In this document: one piece after another, positions 1 to 11,503 of the stretch | How the letters are laid out: every line of letters starts with the position of its first letter | How positions within the stretch are numbered: position 1 is the first letter of the stretch | Assembly: GCA_949288805.1 (NCBI GenBank) | Contig: CASELL010000006.1 | Coordinates: forward strand, 15,035 to 79,034 | Direction of reading: 5' to 3' | Length of the DNA: 64,000 bases | Origin: an uncultured Alphaproteobacteria bacterium | GTDB taxonomy: Bacteria; Pseudomonadota; Alphaproteobacteria; Rickettsiales; UBA1997 | Translations under genes and position numbers: made by a program | Notes under the pieces: model-generated | Seen by the model: the letters and a program-made list of their open reading frames with translations, nothing else | Told to the model about the DNA's origin: nothing | Database searches by the model: none

Positions 1-239
1 TTATTTTCATTATTCTCAGTTTTATTTTCAACATAATCAATAAAATTAATTAATCTTGGATTTTGCGATAATACGGCCTGTATTGCTAAATCTATATTAG
101 ATTGATATTTAATAATATTGAAAGCTATTTTTTCATATTTTTTTATATTAACAACCGCCATAGATTTCATAGTAGAAACTATGTTTTGTAGATTTTTTGT
201 GGTGTTTAACTCCTTTCTTAATGTGTCTAAATTTTCCAT
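1..239 (-). CDS. atpG: N-ATPase gamma subunit (5' part, runs off the window)
   Basis: ATG at 239 just after the atpA stop; manual translation MENLDTLRKELNTTKNLQNIVSTMKSMAVVNIKKYEK fits the gamma N-terminal helix. Confidence 0.88.
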   Translation of the reverse strand, partial: MENLDTLRKELNTTKNLQNIVSTMKSMAVVNIKKYEKIAFNIIKYQSNIDLAIQAVLSQNPRLINFIDYVENKTENNEN

Positions 240-241
240 AG

Positions 242-1741
242 CTATTCGTTTAATTTACTAATAACTCTTGATAAAAAACTATCTACTAGTTCTTTTGGTA
301 TTTTCTCTGAATCTTTTATTATATTAATAATATCTTGAAAATCTGTCCTCATTGTTTCTATAGCTACCTGTTGAGCCTTAATAATATTATCACCAAAAAC
401 ATTGTTATTTAAACATAATAATATAGCTATTTGTTCGTAATCTTCAAGTGGTTTTGTGTTTTGCTGTTTAAATATTTCTCTTATTTTTTCACCTTTTCTA
501 ATTATTTTTTCTGAAGTTTCATCTAATGTTGTAGAAAATTTTGAAAAAGATTCTAATTCTTCAAATTGAGAATACTCAATACCAAGAGTTCCAACTGCTT
601 GTTTAAAAGCTGGAAGTTGAGCTGAACTACCAACTCTTGAAACCGATTTACCTATATCTATTGCCGGCAATATACCTTTTTGAAATAAATTTGGACTTAA
701 ATAAATTTGTCCATCCGTAATAGATATAACATTAGTAGGAATATAAGCAGATATATTTTCTGCTTCTGTTTCTATAATAGGTAATGATGTAATTGACCCA
801 CCACCAAATTCATCTTTTAGTTTAGTAGATCTTTCTAATAATCTAGAATGTATATAAAAAATATCGGCAGGATAAGCCTCTCTACCAGGATTTTTTTCCA
901 ATAATAAAGAAACCTCTCTATATGCTTTTGCTTGTTTAGATAAGTCATCATAAACAATTAAAACATGTTTTCCTTTTAACATAAAATATTCTGCTATACT
1001 GGTTGCTGAGTATGGAGCTATAAATTGATGTCCAGCAATTTCATTTCCACTAGCATGAACTACTATTGTATAATTCATGGCACCATTATCTTCTAGTATT
1101 TTTATAGTATTTGCTACAGCACTATCTCTTTGACCTATGGCACAATAAATACAAATAACTCCATTATTTTTCTGATTTAATATTGTGTCTATTGCAATTG
1201 ACGTTTTTCCAGTTTGTCTATCACCTAAAATTAATTCTCTTTGTCCTCTTCCAATTGGTATTAAAGAATCTATTGCTTTTATTCCTGTTTGCATTGGCTC
1301 TGTAACGGACTTTCTGTCTATAATTGGTACAGCATTTCTTTCTACTTTATAATTTTCATAAGCAACAATTCTACCTTTATTATCAAGTGGTTTTCCTAAT
1401 CCATCAATAACCCTACCAATCAAGGCCTCACTAACAGGAATAGTTAAACTTGAAAAAGTTCTTTTTACTTTATCACCAACAGTTATATCTTCCGTTTTAT
1501 CTAGCAAAATTATCTTAACTATATCATTTTTTATAACTTCAACAATGCCTTTATATCTATCAGATATTATTACACATTCACCATAAGATATCTTTGAAAA
1601 ACCTCTTGCCACGACAACATAACTGTTAACATCTACAACTACGCCTTCTTCCTCAACAGAAATCTTAGAAATATTGGCTTGTTCTAATGTTTCTTTTAAT
1701 AAAGTATCAAACTTATTTATAATTCTATCTTTTATCGTCAT
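242..1741 (-). CDS. atpA: F/N-type ATPase alpha subunit
   Basis: GRGQRELILGDRQTGKT Walker A, PGREAYPADIFY, ISITDGQI. Confidence 0.97.
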   Translation of the reverse strand: MTIKDRIINKFDTLLKETLEQANISKISVEEEGVVVDVNSYVVVARGFSKISYGECVIISDRYKGIVEVIKNDIVKIILLDKTEDITVGDKVKRTFSSLTIPVSEALIGRVIDGLGKPLDNKGRIVAYENYKVERNAVPIIDRKSVTEPMQTGIKAIDSLIPIGRGQRELILGDRQTGKTSIAIDTILNQKNNGVICIYCAIGQRDSAVANTIKILEDNGAMNYTIVVHASGNEIAGHQFIAPYSATSIAEYFMLKGKHVLIVYDDLSKQAKAYREVSLLLEKNPGREAYPADIFYIHSRLLERSTKLKDEFGGGSITSLPIIETEAENISAYIPTNVISITDGQIYLSPNLFQKGILPAIDIGKSVSRVGSSAQLPAFKQAVGTLGIEYSQFEELESFSKFSTTLDETSEKIIRKGEKIREIFKQQNTKPLEDYEQIAILLCLNNNVFGDNIIKAQQVAIETMRTDFQDIINIIKDSEKIPKELVDSFLSRVISKLNE

Positions 1742-2478
1742 AGTATTGTTTTTAAATTTATTATAAAATTATCGATAATATTCTTAATATTTGAATTAAT
1801 TATTATTCCATTAGATGATATTCTATTCCCTAAAAGTATATTTTTATCTACCACAAAGTTAACATTTTCAAAGACAATTCCTTTCATTCTAAAAGTATTC
1901 TTAACCAAAGTTTTTTCTTCGTTTGTTAGCTCAAAACAAGAAACAAAATCAATAATTTTTGTTTCAGATTTATTTATCTTTTGGACATTATCATTAGATA
2001 TGTTTTTAATATCAGATAAAAATTTATTTAAAACTATACTATTTAAAGAAGAATCAGAAATAGAAACAAACATCTCGTTTAATAACCCCTCTACATTAGA
2101 ACAAAATTTTTTCAATAATTCATCAATTATAATTTCTTTTTCACTTTCGAGCTGTTTTAAAAAAGATTCTTTTTGTTCAATAAAATCTTGTTTTATAGCT
2201 TCTAATTCTGTAATTTTATAATTTATTAATTCAGAATCAATTAGTTCAATTTGTTCTTTTTTATAACTGTCTATACTATTTAACTCTTTATTGTATTTAT
2301 CACGCATAGCTTCAGCTTCTTTTAATTTATTTTCAGCATCGTCTATCGTATTTTTTATTTGAGTATTTCTTTCTTTCATTTTTTTCATAATTGGTTTATA
2401 AGCCAACTTATTCAATACAAATAATAATACCAAAAAGTTAATAATTTGAGACAAAAAAGTAAAAATATCTATATTCAT
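1738..2478 (-). CDS. atpF: N-ATPase b subunit with long delta-like C-terminal extension
   Basis: N-terminal TM QIINFLVLLFVL, coiled coil, 246 aa; no separate delta gene in the operon. Confidence 0.88.
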   Translation of the reverse strand: MNIDIFTFLSQIINFLVLLFVLNKLAYKPIMKKMKERNTQIKNTIDDAENKLKEAEAMRDKYNKELNSIDSYKKEQIELIDSELINYKITELEAIKQDFIEQKESFLKQLESEKEIIIDELLKKFCSNVEGLLNEMFVSISDSSLNSIVLNKFLSDIKNISNDNVQKINKSETKIIDFVSCFELTNEEKTLVKNTFRMKGIVFENVNFVVDKNILLGNRISSNGIIINSNIKNIIDNFIINLKTIL

Positions 2479-2484
2479 AGTAAT

Positions 2485-2757
2485 TTATATTTTTGTTAAC
2501 AAAAAGTCCCAGAATGGATTACTAAATATTAAAATCATGGAAACCAATAAACAATAAATAGCACTTGACTCTATTAAAGACATAGAAATAAATAATGTCT
2601 TTGATATTTCTGAAGATTCATCTGGTTGTTGTGCTATTGATTGCATAGCTTGTTTTGCAACCATACCCTCAGCAAAACCAGCGGCCAAAGAGCCAATAGC
2701 TATACAAATAGAAGAACCAATTATTGATACCATAGCCACATTTGTCAAACTTTCCAT
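2485..2757 (-). CDS. atpE: N-ATPase c subunit with Na+-binding signature
   Basis: Two TM helices, AQQPD loop, Glu in helix 1 (FAEG), ESSAIY in helix 2, NPFW tail. Confidence 0.95.
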   Translation of the reverse strand: MESLTNVAMVSIIGSSICIAIGSLAAGFAEGMVAKQAMQSIAQQPDESSEISKTLFISMSLIESSAIYCLLVSMILIFSNPFWDFLLTKI

Positions 2758-2790
2758 TTTTCTACCCTTTTTTATTAATAATATAATAAA

Positions 2791-3450
2791 TTAATTATCC
2801 GATGATATTGCTATCATAGATAATATACTAAAAATATAAGCCTGTATAACACCACTTATAGTACTTAATAAACTAATCAATACAGGAAAACCAACAGATA
2901 AGAACGTTATATTTGATAATATTAATATTATAGCTCCAGAACTCATAATATTTCCATACAATCTAAAAGATAAAGATATTATTTTAGATAATTGACCAAC
3001 AACATTTAATGGCATTAAAATAGCAACAGGTTTAAAATAACTACCAAAATATTTAAAAAAACCTTGTTCCTTTATTCCTATAGAAACAGAAAAAATAAAA
3101 GTACAAAAAGCTAATGCTAATGTGGTTGATAAAGAGGCAGTTGGCGATTGAAACGTGGGAATTAGTGATATTAAATTAGAAGTGATAATGTATATAAACA
3201 AAGTAGCTATAAAAGGAAAAACTAATTCAATGTCCTTTGTTCCAATCTGTTTTATTTGTCCATCTATAATTGTAATTAAAGATTCAAAAAAATTTTGTAG
3301 CTTTGTTGTTTTTTGTTTTTTTATAGATATACTAATAAGTACAGCTATGCCTATTAAAAGCAACATTACTATCCAAGAGTATAACAAAGTAGCATTTAAC
3401 TTAAAAAAACCATATTGAAAATATACATCAGCATCAGTAGTTATATTCAT
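2791..3450 (-). CDS. atpB: ATPase a subunit
   Basis: SPTASLSTTLALA, SLSFRLYGNI (essential Arg), IQAYIF. Confidence 0.95.
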   Translation of the reverse strand: MNITTDADVYFQYGFFKLNATLLYSWIVMLLLIGIAVLISISIKKQKTTKLQNFFESLITIIDGQIKQIGTKDIELVFPFIATLFIYIITSNLISLIPTFQSPTASLSTTLALAFCTFIFSVSIGIKEQGFFKYFGSYFKPVAILMPLNVVGQLSKIISLSFRLYGNIMSSGAIILILSNITFLSVGFPVLISLLSTISGVIQAYIFSILSMIAISSDN

Positions 3451-3707
3451 TTTTGTAAAACTCTTTTTGTTAATAAAAACATTTTAGATATAAATAAACC
3501 TAAAAAAGTAAAATACAAATATTTAATATTAAAACTAGCCATAATAATAAACAAAACAAATAAAATAATCAATCTAAAAATAAAACTTAAAAATAGAATA
3601 CTTCTTTTTTTTGCTTCTAAAAATTTATTAATTGTTACTTTAATAATTAAATTATTAACATAGTCTATAAAAAAGCCAAAAAATATAAAAAAACAATAAA
3701 TAATCAT
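3447..3707 (-). CDS. atpR: N-ATPase AtpR-like membrane protein
   Basis: Small three-TM protein with SFIFRL; position between atpQ and atpB matches N-ATPase gene order. Confidence 0.7.
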   Translation of the reverse strand: MIIYCFFIFFGFFIDYVNNLIIKVTINKFLEAKKRSILFLSFIFRLIILFVLFIIMASFNIKYLYFTFLGLFISKMFLLTKRVLQK

Positions 3708-3967
3708 TTTTTATCCTTATAAACATCTGATATAATTTTAATAATATTATAAATACCAAACAATATAGATATTGAAATTAAAAAAGATATAATTAAAGGA
3801 TCTGTAAAAAAAATCTTACATACTATACCAACAAACATTATAGGCAACAAAAACATCCATACAATACCAACCAAAGAATATATATTATGTTGTTTTGGTT
3901 CTTTTTCTATATCTATGTTTTTTTTATTTTTAATTTTATTAAATATTTTTTCTTCTAATTTGCCCAT
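3704..3967 (-). CDS. atpQ: N-ATPase AtpQ (AtpZ/AtpI-like) membrane protein
   Basis: SLVGIVWMFLLP, two TM helices, follows atpC; ATG at 3967 preceded by GGTGG. Confidence 0.7.
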   Translation of the reverse strand: MGKLEEKIFNKIKNKKNIDIEKEPKQHNIYSLVGIVWMFLLPIMFVGIVCKIFFTDPLIISFLISISILFGIYNIIKIISDVYKDKK

Positions 3968-4352
3968 ATTTCCCACCAATATCTTTAAATAAATCTTTTT
4001 CTATGTTTTTTAAAGAGTTTTTAAATTTCTTATCAAAATCCCTATAAATATTAATTCTTAAAATATTTTTTAATTCGTCAAGAGAAGACCCACCATTAAC
4101 AGCATTAAATGTTGATATTTGAATTTCTCTACCACTTTTAACTAAAATACCTTGATTAACACCAACAAAAACTATGTCTTTATTTTCTTTTTCAAAATAT
4201 AAAATACAGTCATCAAGAGAAGATACATAGTCTATATGTTTTGGCAAAATTGTAAAACAACCTTCCTTACCATAAACAGTTATCTTAGTTATAGTTTCAT
4301 CTATAAATAATTTATCAGGAGTATATATTCTTAAATTTAAAATACTTTCCAT
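3939..4352 (-). CDS. atpC: ATPase epsilon subunit
   Basis: LRIYTPDK...EGCFTILPKHID epsilon beta-sandwich motifs. Confidence 0.9.
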   Translation of the reverse strand: MESILNLRIYTPDKLFIDETITKITVYGKEGCFTILPKHIDYVSSLDDCILYFEKENKDIVFVGVNQGILVKSGREIQISTFNAVNGGSSLDELKNILRINIYRDFDKKFKNSLKNIEKDLFKDIGGKYGQIRRKNI

Positions 4353-4356
4353 ATAT

Positions 4357-5739
<1,383 letters not shown>

Positions 5740-5747
5740 CTATTAAA

Positions 5748-5775
5748 ATAATATATTTATATTTTTTAAAGTCAA
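5748..5775 (-). promoter_or_regulatory. Putative sigma70 promoter of the N-ATPase operon
   Basis: Minus strand TTGACT-16 nt-TATTAT upstream of atpD. Confidence 0.5.
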
Positions 5776-5850
5776 ACCCTATTTTGGTTGTTATAATATA
5801 ATAAAATTATACAACGATATATATTGTAATAATATTATAAAATATAAATA

Positions 5851-6768
5851 TTAAAATACAAAGCCACCAGTCAAAGAAAATAAAAGTTGATTTTTAATTT
5901 GTTTATTAAATTCTTTTGATATATAAATATTAGAATATTTTATATAAAAATTGTTTATTGTACAATTTAAACCAAAAATTATATTATAACCAAAAAACTC
6001 TTTATCTATATTATTATTAAATCCTCTTCCATTTTTATCTAAAAAAGTATTATATAGAGAAATATTTCCAAGTAATTCCAAAAAGGCATAATAACTATTT
6101 TCTCTGCTAATATCTTGTAGAATTGGATCAATTTTATTAAAAATTAAATCATTTTCTTGTAGGTTCCAACCATATCTAAACTCAATAGATGGAGAAAATG
6201 AAGTGAATGGAGTTCCAAGATTAGTATATATTTTTGGTATAATTAGCCAATCAAAATCGTTTTTTAGAGTTTCTTTTAATTGCCAAGTTCTCAACCAAGA
6301 TAACATAAATAAAAACTCATTATCAATTTGATTGTCCCATCCCATAGGCTCAGGACTACCTATCATATCATGAACTACTTTTTGTATTTCTTCACCAAAA
6401 GATAAATCCCCAGTAAATCCTATATTTACACCAAAAGAATCAAAAACATTATTATGTTTAATATTTTTATTTAAAAATAAATATAAATAACCAGCATAGG
6501 CTCTATCATTAATTATAGGTTCTTTTATTTTTATATCATAAGGGGTATATATTTTATGTCCAATTCCAAAAGAATAATTATAATAATTTTTTAAAGATTT
6601 TTCATAGTTATTTGTAATAAAAGATAATTGAACTCCATTGCTATAATATCTATCAGGACCATAAACAGAATCATTTTCATATGTAAAAAAGGAAGCCTTT
6701 AAGAATCCTTCGTTTGAAAAACTATTGCTGTAAAAAATAAAAAAAAATATAAATAATAATTTTTTCAT
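5851..6768 (-). CDS. lpxR: Lipid A 3'-O-deacylase LpxR-family outer-membrane protein
   Basis: Signal peptide, YEND...DRYYSNG, IYTP...DRAYAGYL, QKVVH...GWDNQI, terminal Phe. Confidence 0.8.
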   Translation of the reverse strand: MKKLLFIFFFIFYSNSFSNEGFLKASFFTYENDSVYGPDRYYSNGVQLSFITNNYEKSLKNYYNYSFGIGHKIYTPYDIKIKEPIINDRAYAGYLYLFLNKNIKHNNVFDSFGVNIGFTGDLSFGEEIQKVVHDMIGSPEPMGWDNQIDNEFLFMLSWLRTWQLKETLKNDFDWLIIPKIYTNLGTPFTSFSPSIEFRYGWNLQENDLIFNKIDPILQDISRENSYYAFLELLGNISLYNTFLDKNGRGFNNNIDKEFFGYNIIFGLNCTINNFYIKYSNIYISKEFNKQIKNQLLFSLTGGFVF

Positions 6769-6770
6769 AT

Positions 6771-7517
6771 CTAAAAACTATAATTTAAAGCAAAATTATA
6801 ACCAAAACCATCACCATCAAATGTTGGATAAGAAAAAACAACAAGACTTTTGTCTGTCCCATCGCTATTTCTTCCTAAAAATAGATTAGATATTTCAGTT
6901 ATAGGGTCCATCAAAAACAAAGCTGTTGTTCCTAAAATAGAAGAACCTAATAATTCTCCTTTATTTTTTAATATATGTCTTTTTGCAATATAAAAACCCT
7001 CGCCAAAAATAGAACCAACAACAGGAGTAACAATTAAATCTTGTATTGATGGAACTTCAGCAAAAGCTTCTATACCATATTCCCAAAAAAATGTAGATAA
7101 AATAAAAGAATAACCAAAAGAATACCAACCATTAAGTCCAGCAGATCTTGCTGCCATATAATAAACAGCTCCACAATATGGATGTGCTACATAATTTAAG
7201 AAAAAATCATCTTTATCGACAACTGGTCCTTCTTTTACATTTTCCCACCATTTACTAGCTAATCTATCAATTTTTGCATCATCTTTGTCCCAATTTGTAA
7301 AACTTTCTGGTAATAAATATAAGATACCTAAAACTGCTACACTTGCTCCAAGCATAACATAATTATCTGATTTTAATAGTTCCCAATCAACTATGTTTTC
7401 ATTAAAAGAATAGTCCCTAAAATAAACATTATCATAAGTTATAGCATCATAAGTTTTACAACTTGCAGAATTTGAATAAAAAAATAACAAACTAAAAAAT
7501 AATATAATAATTTTCAT
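6771..7517 (-). CDS. DUF3943-like exported/outer-membrane protein
   Basis: Signal peptide, NYVAHPYCGAVYYMAAR, WEYGIEAFAEVPSIQDLIVTP, terminal YSF. Confidence 0.7.
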   Translation of the reverse strand: MKIIILFFSLLFFYSNSASCKTYDAITYDNVYFRDYSFNENIVDWELLKSDNYVMLGASVAVLGILYLLPESFTNWDKDDAKIDRLASKWWENVKEGPVVDKDDFFLNYVAHPYCGAVYYMAARSAGLNGWYSFGYSFILSTFFWEYGIEAFAEVPSIQDLIVTPVVGSIFGEGFYIAKRHILKNKGELLGSSILGTTALFLMDPITEISNLFLGRNSDGTDKSLVVFSYPTFDGDGFGYNFALNYSF

Positions 7518-7581
7518 TTTTATATAATATTAAAAACACAAAAATATTTATAAAATACAAGTATTAAAATGCAAGTAAAAA

Positions 7582-8547
7582 TTATTCTTCTACATACTCA
7601 AAACCTGCTTCTTCAATAAGTTTTCTAGTATCTTCTATACTAGCACCATCAGCAGTTAAATAACCCGAAGCAAAAATTGAATTTACAACTTTCAGCATCA
7701 AGTTTTGTTTATCTTTAATATGTATTTCTCTACCAGCAGCACATCTAATATCAACATCAGGTGTATTTAACCTTGCTAGACATAAAATCCTTAAACAATA
7801 TTCAGGTGTTAAGTTTTGACCCGCACTTTCTAGTGGTGTGCCTTTAATTGGAATTAAAAAATTAATTGGTACTGATTTAGGTTCTATCATTCTAATATCT
7901 TCCATCATGTCAATAATATCATCTTTACTTTCACCAAGCCCAATAATTCCACCACTACAAATCTCAAAACCCAGCCTTTTCAACATTTTAATATTATTTA
8001 TTCTTTGTTCGTATGTATGTGTAGTACAAATATTTTTATAATAATTTCTACCTGTATTTAAATTGTGATTAATTCTATTCACTCCTGCTTCTTTTAATTT
8101 TATAGCCTGTTCTTCTGTCAAAAATCCAATAGAACAACAAATATCTGTCTTAATTTCTGCTTTCAATTTTTTAAAATAATTACATAATTTATCAATATCT
8201 TCATCTCTAAACTTAATACCACTAAAACCTACACAATGTCTAGCAACACCCTTTTCATAACCAATTTTACCATCACTTAATAATTTATCAAAATCAACAA
8301 GTGAATACTTTTCAATATTTGCCTTAGAAACACAAGATTGAGCACAGTAAGCACAATTTTCACTACAATTACCACTTTTGCCATTAGTCAAAATCTGCAC
8401 ACCTACCTTATTTCCTCTAAACTTTTTTCTAACTTTATAAGTCTTTTCAATTAAATCGTCTAGATCTTCATAATCCATAATAAAATTGTATTCTTCCCTA
8501 TTTAAAGCTTGATTTTCTAGGGCTTTGTTAATTATTTTATCTAACAT
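7582..8547 (-). CDS. bioB: Biotin synthase
   Basis: Radical SAM CSENCAYCAQS, NHNLNT, CSGGIIGLGE, VPINFLIP, AAGRE, GYLT. Confidence 0.93.
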   Translation of the reverse strand: MLDKIINKALENQALNREEYNFIMDYEDLDDLIEKTYKVRKKFRGNKVGVQILTNGKSGNCSENCAYCAQSCVSKANIEKYSLVDFDKLLSDGKIGYEKGVARHCVGFSGIKFRDEDIDKLCNYFKKLKAEIKTDICCSIGFLTEEQAIKLKEAGVNRINHNLNTGRNYYKNICTTHTYEQRINNIKMLKRLGFEICSGGIIGLGESKDDIIDMMEDIRMIEPKSVPINFLIPIKGTPLESAGQNLTPEYCLRILCLARLNTPDVDIRCAAGREIHIKDKQNLMLKVVNSIFASGYLTADGASIEDTRKLIEEAGFEYVEE

Positions 8548-8602
8548 TTAAAATATAAAATTAAACCACTAAAAATATAAAACTTATTTATTAAAAAACA
8601 AC

Positions 8603-8632
8603 AAAAAAGACTATCAATTACTTGATAGCCTT
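8603..8632 (-). terminator. Intrinsic terminator after the outer-membrane protein gene
   Basis: Minus strand AAGGCTATCAA-GTAA-TTGATAGTCTTTTTT. Confidence 0.65.
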
Positions 8633-8652
8633 AAAATTAAAATGATTTAATA

Positions 8653-9225
8653 TTAGAATCCAAATCTTAAGCCAACATAAATATCATGAACATCTTTAGA
8701 TATAGATTTTTTATTACTAAACTCAATGTCACCCATATCAACATATCTATAACCAACATCAAGATTAGCAACGTTTAATAAAGACAAATTAACACCAGCA
8801 CCTGCTAACCAAGTAAAATTATTACTTGTTCTTAAATCTTTACTTCCATCAAATTTTGTATCACCAATACCACCATTAACATAAACATTTATAAAAGGCA
8901 ACTCAATAACGTTGTAATATAAGTTAGCCATTAAACTCATTGAATCAACAGAATTGCTCTTACCTAATATTCTATCAACTATATTAGTTGATTCTGGTCT
9001 ATAAGAATATTCCAATTCTCCTCTTAGTCTTAAAAATCTAACCCCAGCATTAACAGAGGCAAAATAATCGCTTTCTTCGTTTTCTATTTTCAAATCATTA
9101 ATTTCACTAACATTGCTACCTTGCGTAGATATACCGCCTCTAACTCCCCAGTATATACCAACGGGCAAAGCATTAGCAGCACTAACAGAAATTAAAAAAA
9201 ACAAACTAAATAAAATTTTTTTCAT
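8653..9225 (-). CDS. Small outer-membrane beta-barrel (OmpA/opacity-like family)
   Basis: Signal peptide, RGELEYSYR, SLMANLYY, LDVGYRYVDMG, terminal GLRFGF. Confidence 0.8.
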   Translation of the reverse strand: MKKILFSLFFLISVSAANALPVGIYWGVRGGISTQGSNVSEINDLKIENEESDYFASVNAGVRFLRLRGELEYSYRPESTNIVDRILGKSNSVDSMSLMANLYYNVIELPFINVYVNGGIGDTKFDGSKDLRTSNNFTWLAGAGVNLSLLNVANLDVGYRYVDMGDIEFSNKKSISKDVHDIYVGLRFGF

Positions 9226-9285
9226 AATAAAACAGTATTTTTTAATAATTAAATAATAAAATGTATAAAATAAAATACAATAATT

Positions 9286-10545
9286 TTATTTTTTAATAAT
9301 TTCTAGACCATTCATATATGGAATTAGAACCTCTGGAACTTTAATAGAGCTGTCTTTTTGTTGATAATTTTCCATTATAGCAATAATAGTTCTACCAACA
9401 GCCAAAGCAGATCCATTTAAAGTATGTAAATATTCTATTTTACCATCTTTTTTTCTATATCTACCATTCATTCTTCTGGCTTGGAAATCCCAACAATTAG
9501 AACAACTACTAATTTCTCTATATTTTCCTTGTCCAGGGAGCCAAACTTCATGGTCATAAGTTTTGCTAGAACCAAATCCAGTATCTCCACTACATAATAA
9601 AACGGTTCTATAAGGCAATTTTAAGGTTTTTAATATTTCGCTTTCTATATTAGACATTCTGTCATGTTCTTCAATAGATTTATCAGGAGTTGTAATTGAC
9701 ACCATTTCAACTTTTTTAAAATGATGTTGTCTTAACATACCTTTTGTATCTTTACCAGCATCACTTCTAAAACAAGGAGTATAAGCAGTAAATCTCAAAG
9801 GCAATTCCTCTTCTTTTAATATTTTATCGGCTACAAGATTAGTCATAGAAACTTCAGAAGTAGGAATCAACCACATACCATTAGTAGTAACATAAGCATC
9901 TTCGGCAAATTTGGGTAAATTACCAGTTCCAAACATAGCACTTTCTTTTACAAAAGAAGGCATTGATGTTTCAATATAACCATATTTAGCGACAAAATCT
10001 AAAAAGAAATTGGATATTGCTCTTTCTAATAAAGCTAATGGACCAAAAAGACCAGTAGATCTAGCACCACATACTTTTGCTGCTTGTTCAAAGTCCATTA
10101 AACCTAGATCAATACCAAGATCAAAATGTTCTTTTGGAGTAAAATCAAATTTTGTTTGTTCTCCCCATCTTTCAATTTCTTTATTATCATTATCATCAAG
10201 TCCATAAGGAACACAATCTTGTAATATATTAGGAGTACTAACTAAAATGTTATATAATTCAGAATCTTTTTCATCACCAATTATATTTTCTAATGAAGAT
10301 ATTTCTTCGTTTAATTCATTAACTTCATCTTTAATAGATTCAACATCTTTACCTTCTGCTTTTAAAATACCAATATTTTTTGAAATGGTATTTTTTTTGG
10401 ATTGTAAATCTTGTAATTTTGTTAATAATTCTCTTTTTTTATCATTTAATTCTATAATTTTATTAGATCTCAAATCAAGATTTCTCTTTTTCATTGCTTC
10501 GTCAAAAAGAGCAGGATTTTCTAATATCCACTTTAAATTCAGCAT
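9286..10545 (-). CDS. serS: Seryl-tRNA synthetase
   Basis: N-terminal coiled coil, LIPTSE, motif 2, YREISSCSNC, HTLNGSALAVGR. Confidence 0.97.
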   Translation of the reverse strand: MLNLKWILENPALFDEAMKKRNLDLRSNKIIELNDKKRELLTKLQDLQSKKNTISKNIGILKAEGKDVESIKDEVNELNEEISSLENIIGDEKDSELYNILVSTPNILQDCVPYGLDDNDNKEIERWGEQTKFDFTPKEHFDLGIDLGLMDFEQAAKVCGARSTGLFGPLALLERAISNFFLDFVAKYGYIETSMPSFVKESAMFGTGNLPKFAEDAYVTTNGMWLIPTSEVSMTNLVADKILKEEELPLRFTAYTPCFRSDAGKDTKGMLRQHHFKKVEMVSITTPDKSIEEHDRMSNIESEILKTLKLPYRTVLLCSGDTGFGSSKTYDHEVWLPGQGKYREISSCSNCWDFQARRMNGRYRKKDGKIEYLHTLNGSALAVGRTIIAIMENYQQKDSSIKVPEVLIPYMNGLEIIKK

Positions 10546-10576
10546 ACAATTCCAATTGTTAACTATGTAAAATATA

Positions 10577-10614
10577 TTAATATATATTTTATTTTTTTCA
10601 ACTTGTTTTTATAT
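10577..10614. repeat. 38-bp direct repeat, left boundary of the MTase/nuclease cassette
   Basis: ttaatatatattttatttttttcaacttgtttttatat, identical to 12389-12426. Confidence 0.9.
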
Positions 10615-10615
10615 A

Positions 10616-11503
10616 TCAAATTTTTTTAACATTTACATCAATCCATACATTCCAACTTGAAGAGCCAAAACCAAGTTTTGCTTTTGCTACTATATTTTTA
10701 TATTTATAATTATTTTTCCAATTTAGTGTATATTTAATTTCTACATTTGTATCATAATTACGAACAAAAACGTTTACTCTTTTTATATCATTTGATAAAT
10801 AATCAACTTCTTGTATTATCCATTGACCAATTCCAGTAGTTATATGTGAAAAAGAGGAAAAATCACTATCATTTAATAAAAATTTTATATAATAATCATA
10901 TTTAGTTTTACCATCACCAGAAACATTAATAATATTTTCCTCCATAAAATCTTGTTCTTCTTTTGTTAAAGTCCAATTCTTATTTTTATTAAAATCATTA
11001 AATATTTTTATACCATTATTTAAATCATTAAACAACCTTTTAAATTGTTTATTCTCATCCATATTTTCTTTATTAAAATATAAATCTATCCATTTTTTTC
11101 TTTTTTCAACAGAAAGAATTTTTGAAAAAATATCACAAGAAAATATTTTATTAAACTTATCCATTCCTATATTTTTATCAGTCTCTTCTCCAAATTTTAA
11201 CTCAATACTAATAATTTTATTACTTGGTAATATATGTAGTAAATCAGCACCTACTTTATTATTATTATTTTCATGATTCAATAATATATTGTTATTTTTA
11301 CCATTATAGTAATTATTATTAATATAAATCTTTATATTTTTTGAACAATTTAACAATATATCTTCAACTTCTTTTAATGTTTTATTTCTAAAAATCTTAA
11401 CTTTATTTTTATTATCTAATTCAAATATTTTTTTAGCATTTATAAAAGTATTAGAACATAAACCTAATTCAGCATATCTAACACATAAATCAACATTAGC
11501 CAT
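10616..11503 (-). CDS. Putative PD-(D/E)xK restriction endonuclease
   Basis: GADLLH...IISIELKFG pattern; ATG at 11503 overlaps the MTase stop (ATGGCTAA). Confidence 0.55.
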   Translation of the reverse strand: MANVDLCVRYAELGLCSNTFINAKKIFELDNKNKVKIFRNKTLKEVEDILLNCSKNIKIYINNNYYNGKNNNILLNHENNNNKVGADLLHILPSNKIISIELKFGEETDKNIGMDKFNKIFSCDIFSKILSVEKRKKWIDLYFNKENMDENKQFKRLFNDLNNGIKIFNDFNKNKNWTLTKEEQDFMEENIINVSGDGKTKYDYYIKFLLNDSDFSSFSHITTGIGQWIIQEVDYLSNDIKRVNVFVRNYDTNVEIKYTLNWKNNYKYKNIVAKAKLGFGSSSWNVWIDVNVKKI

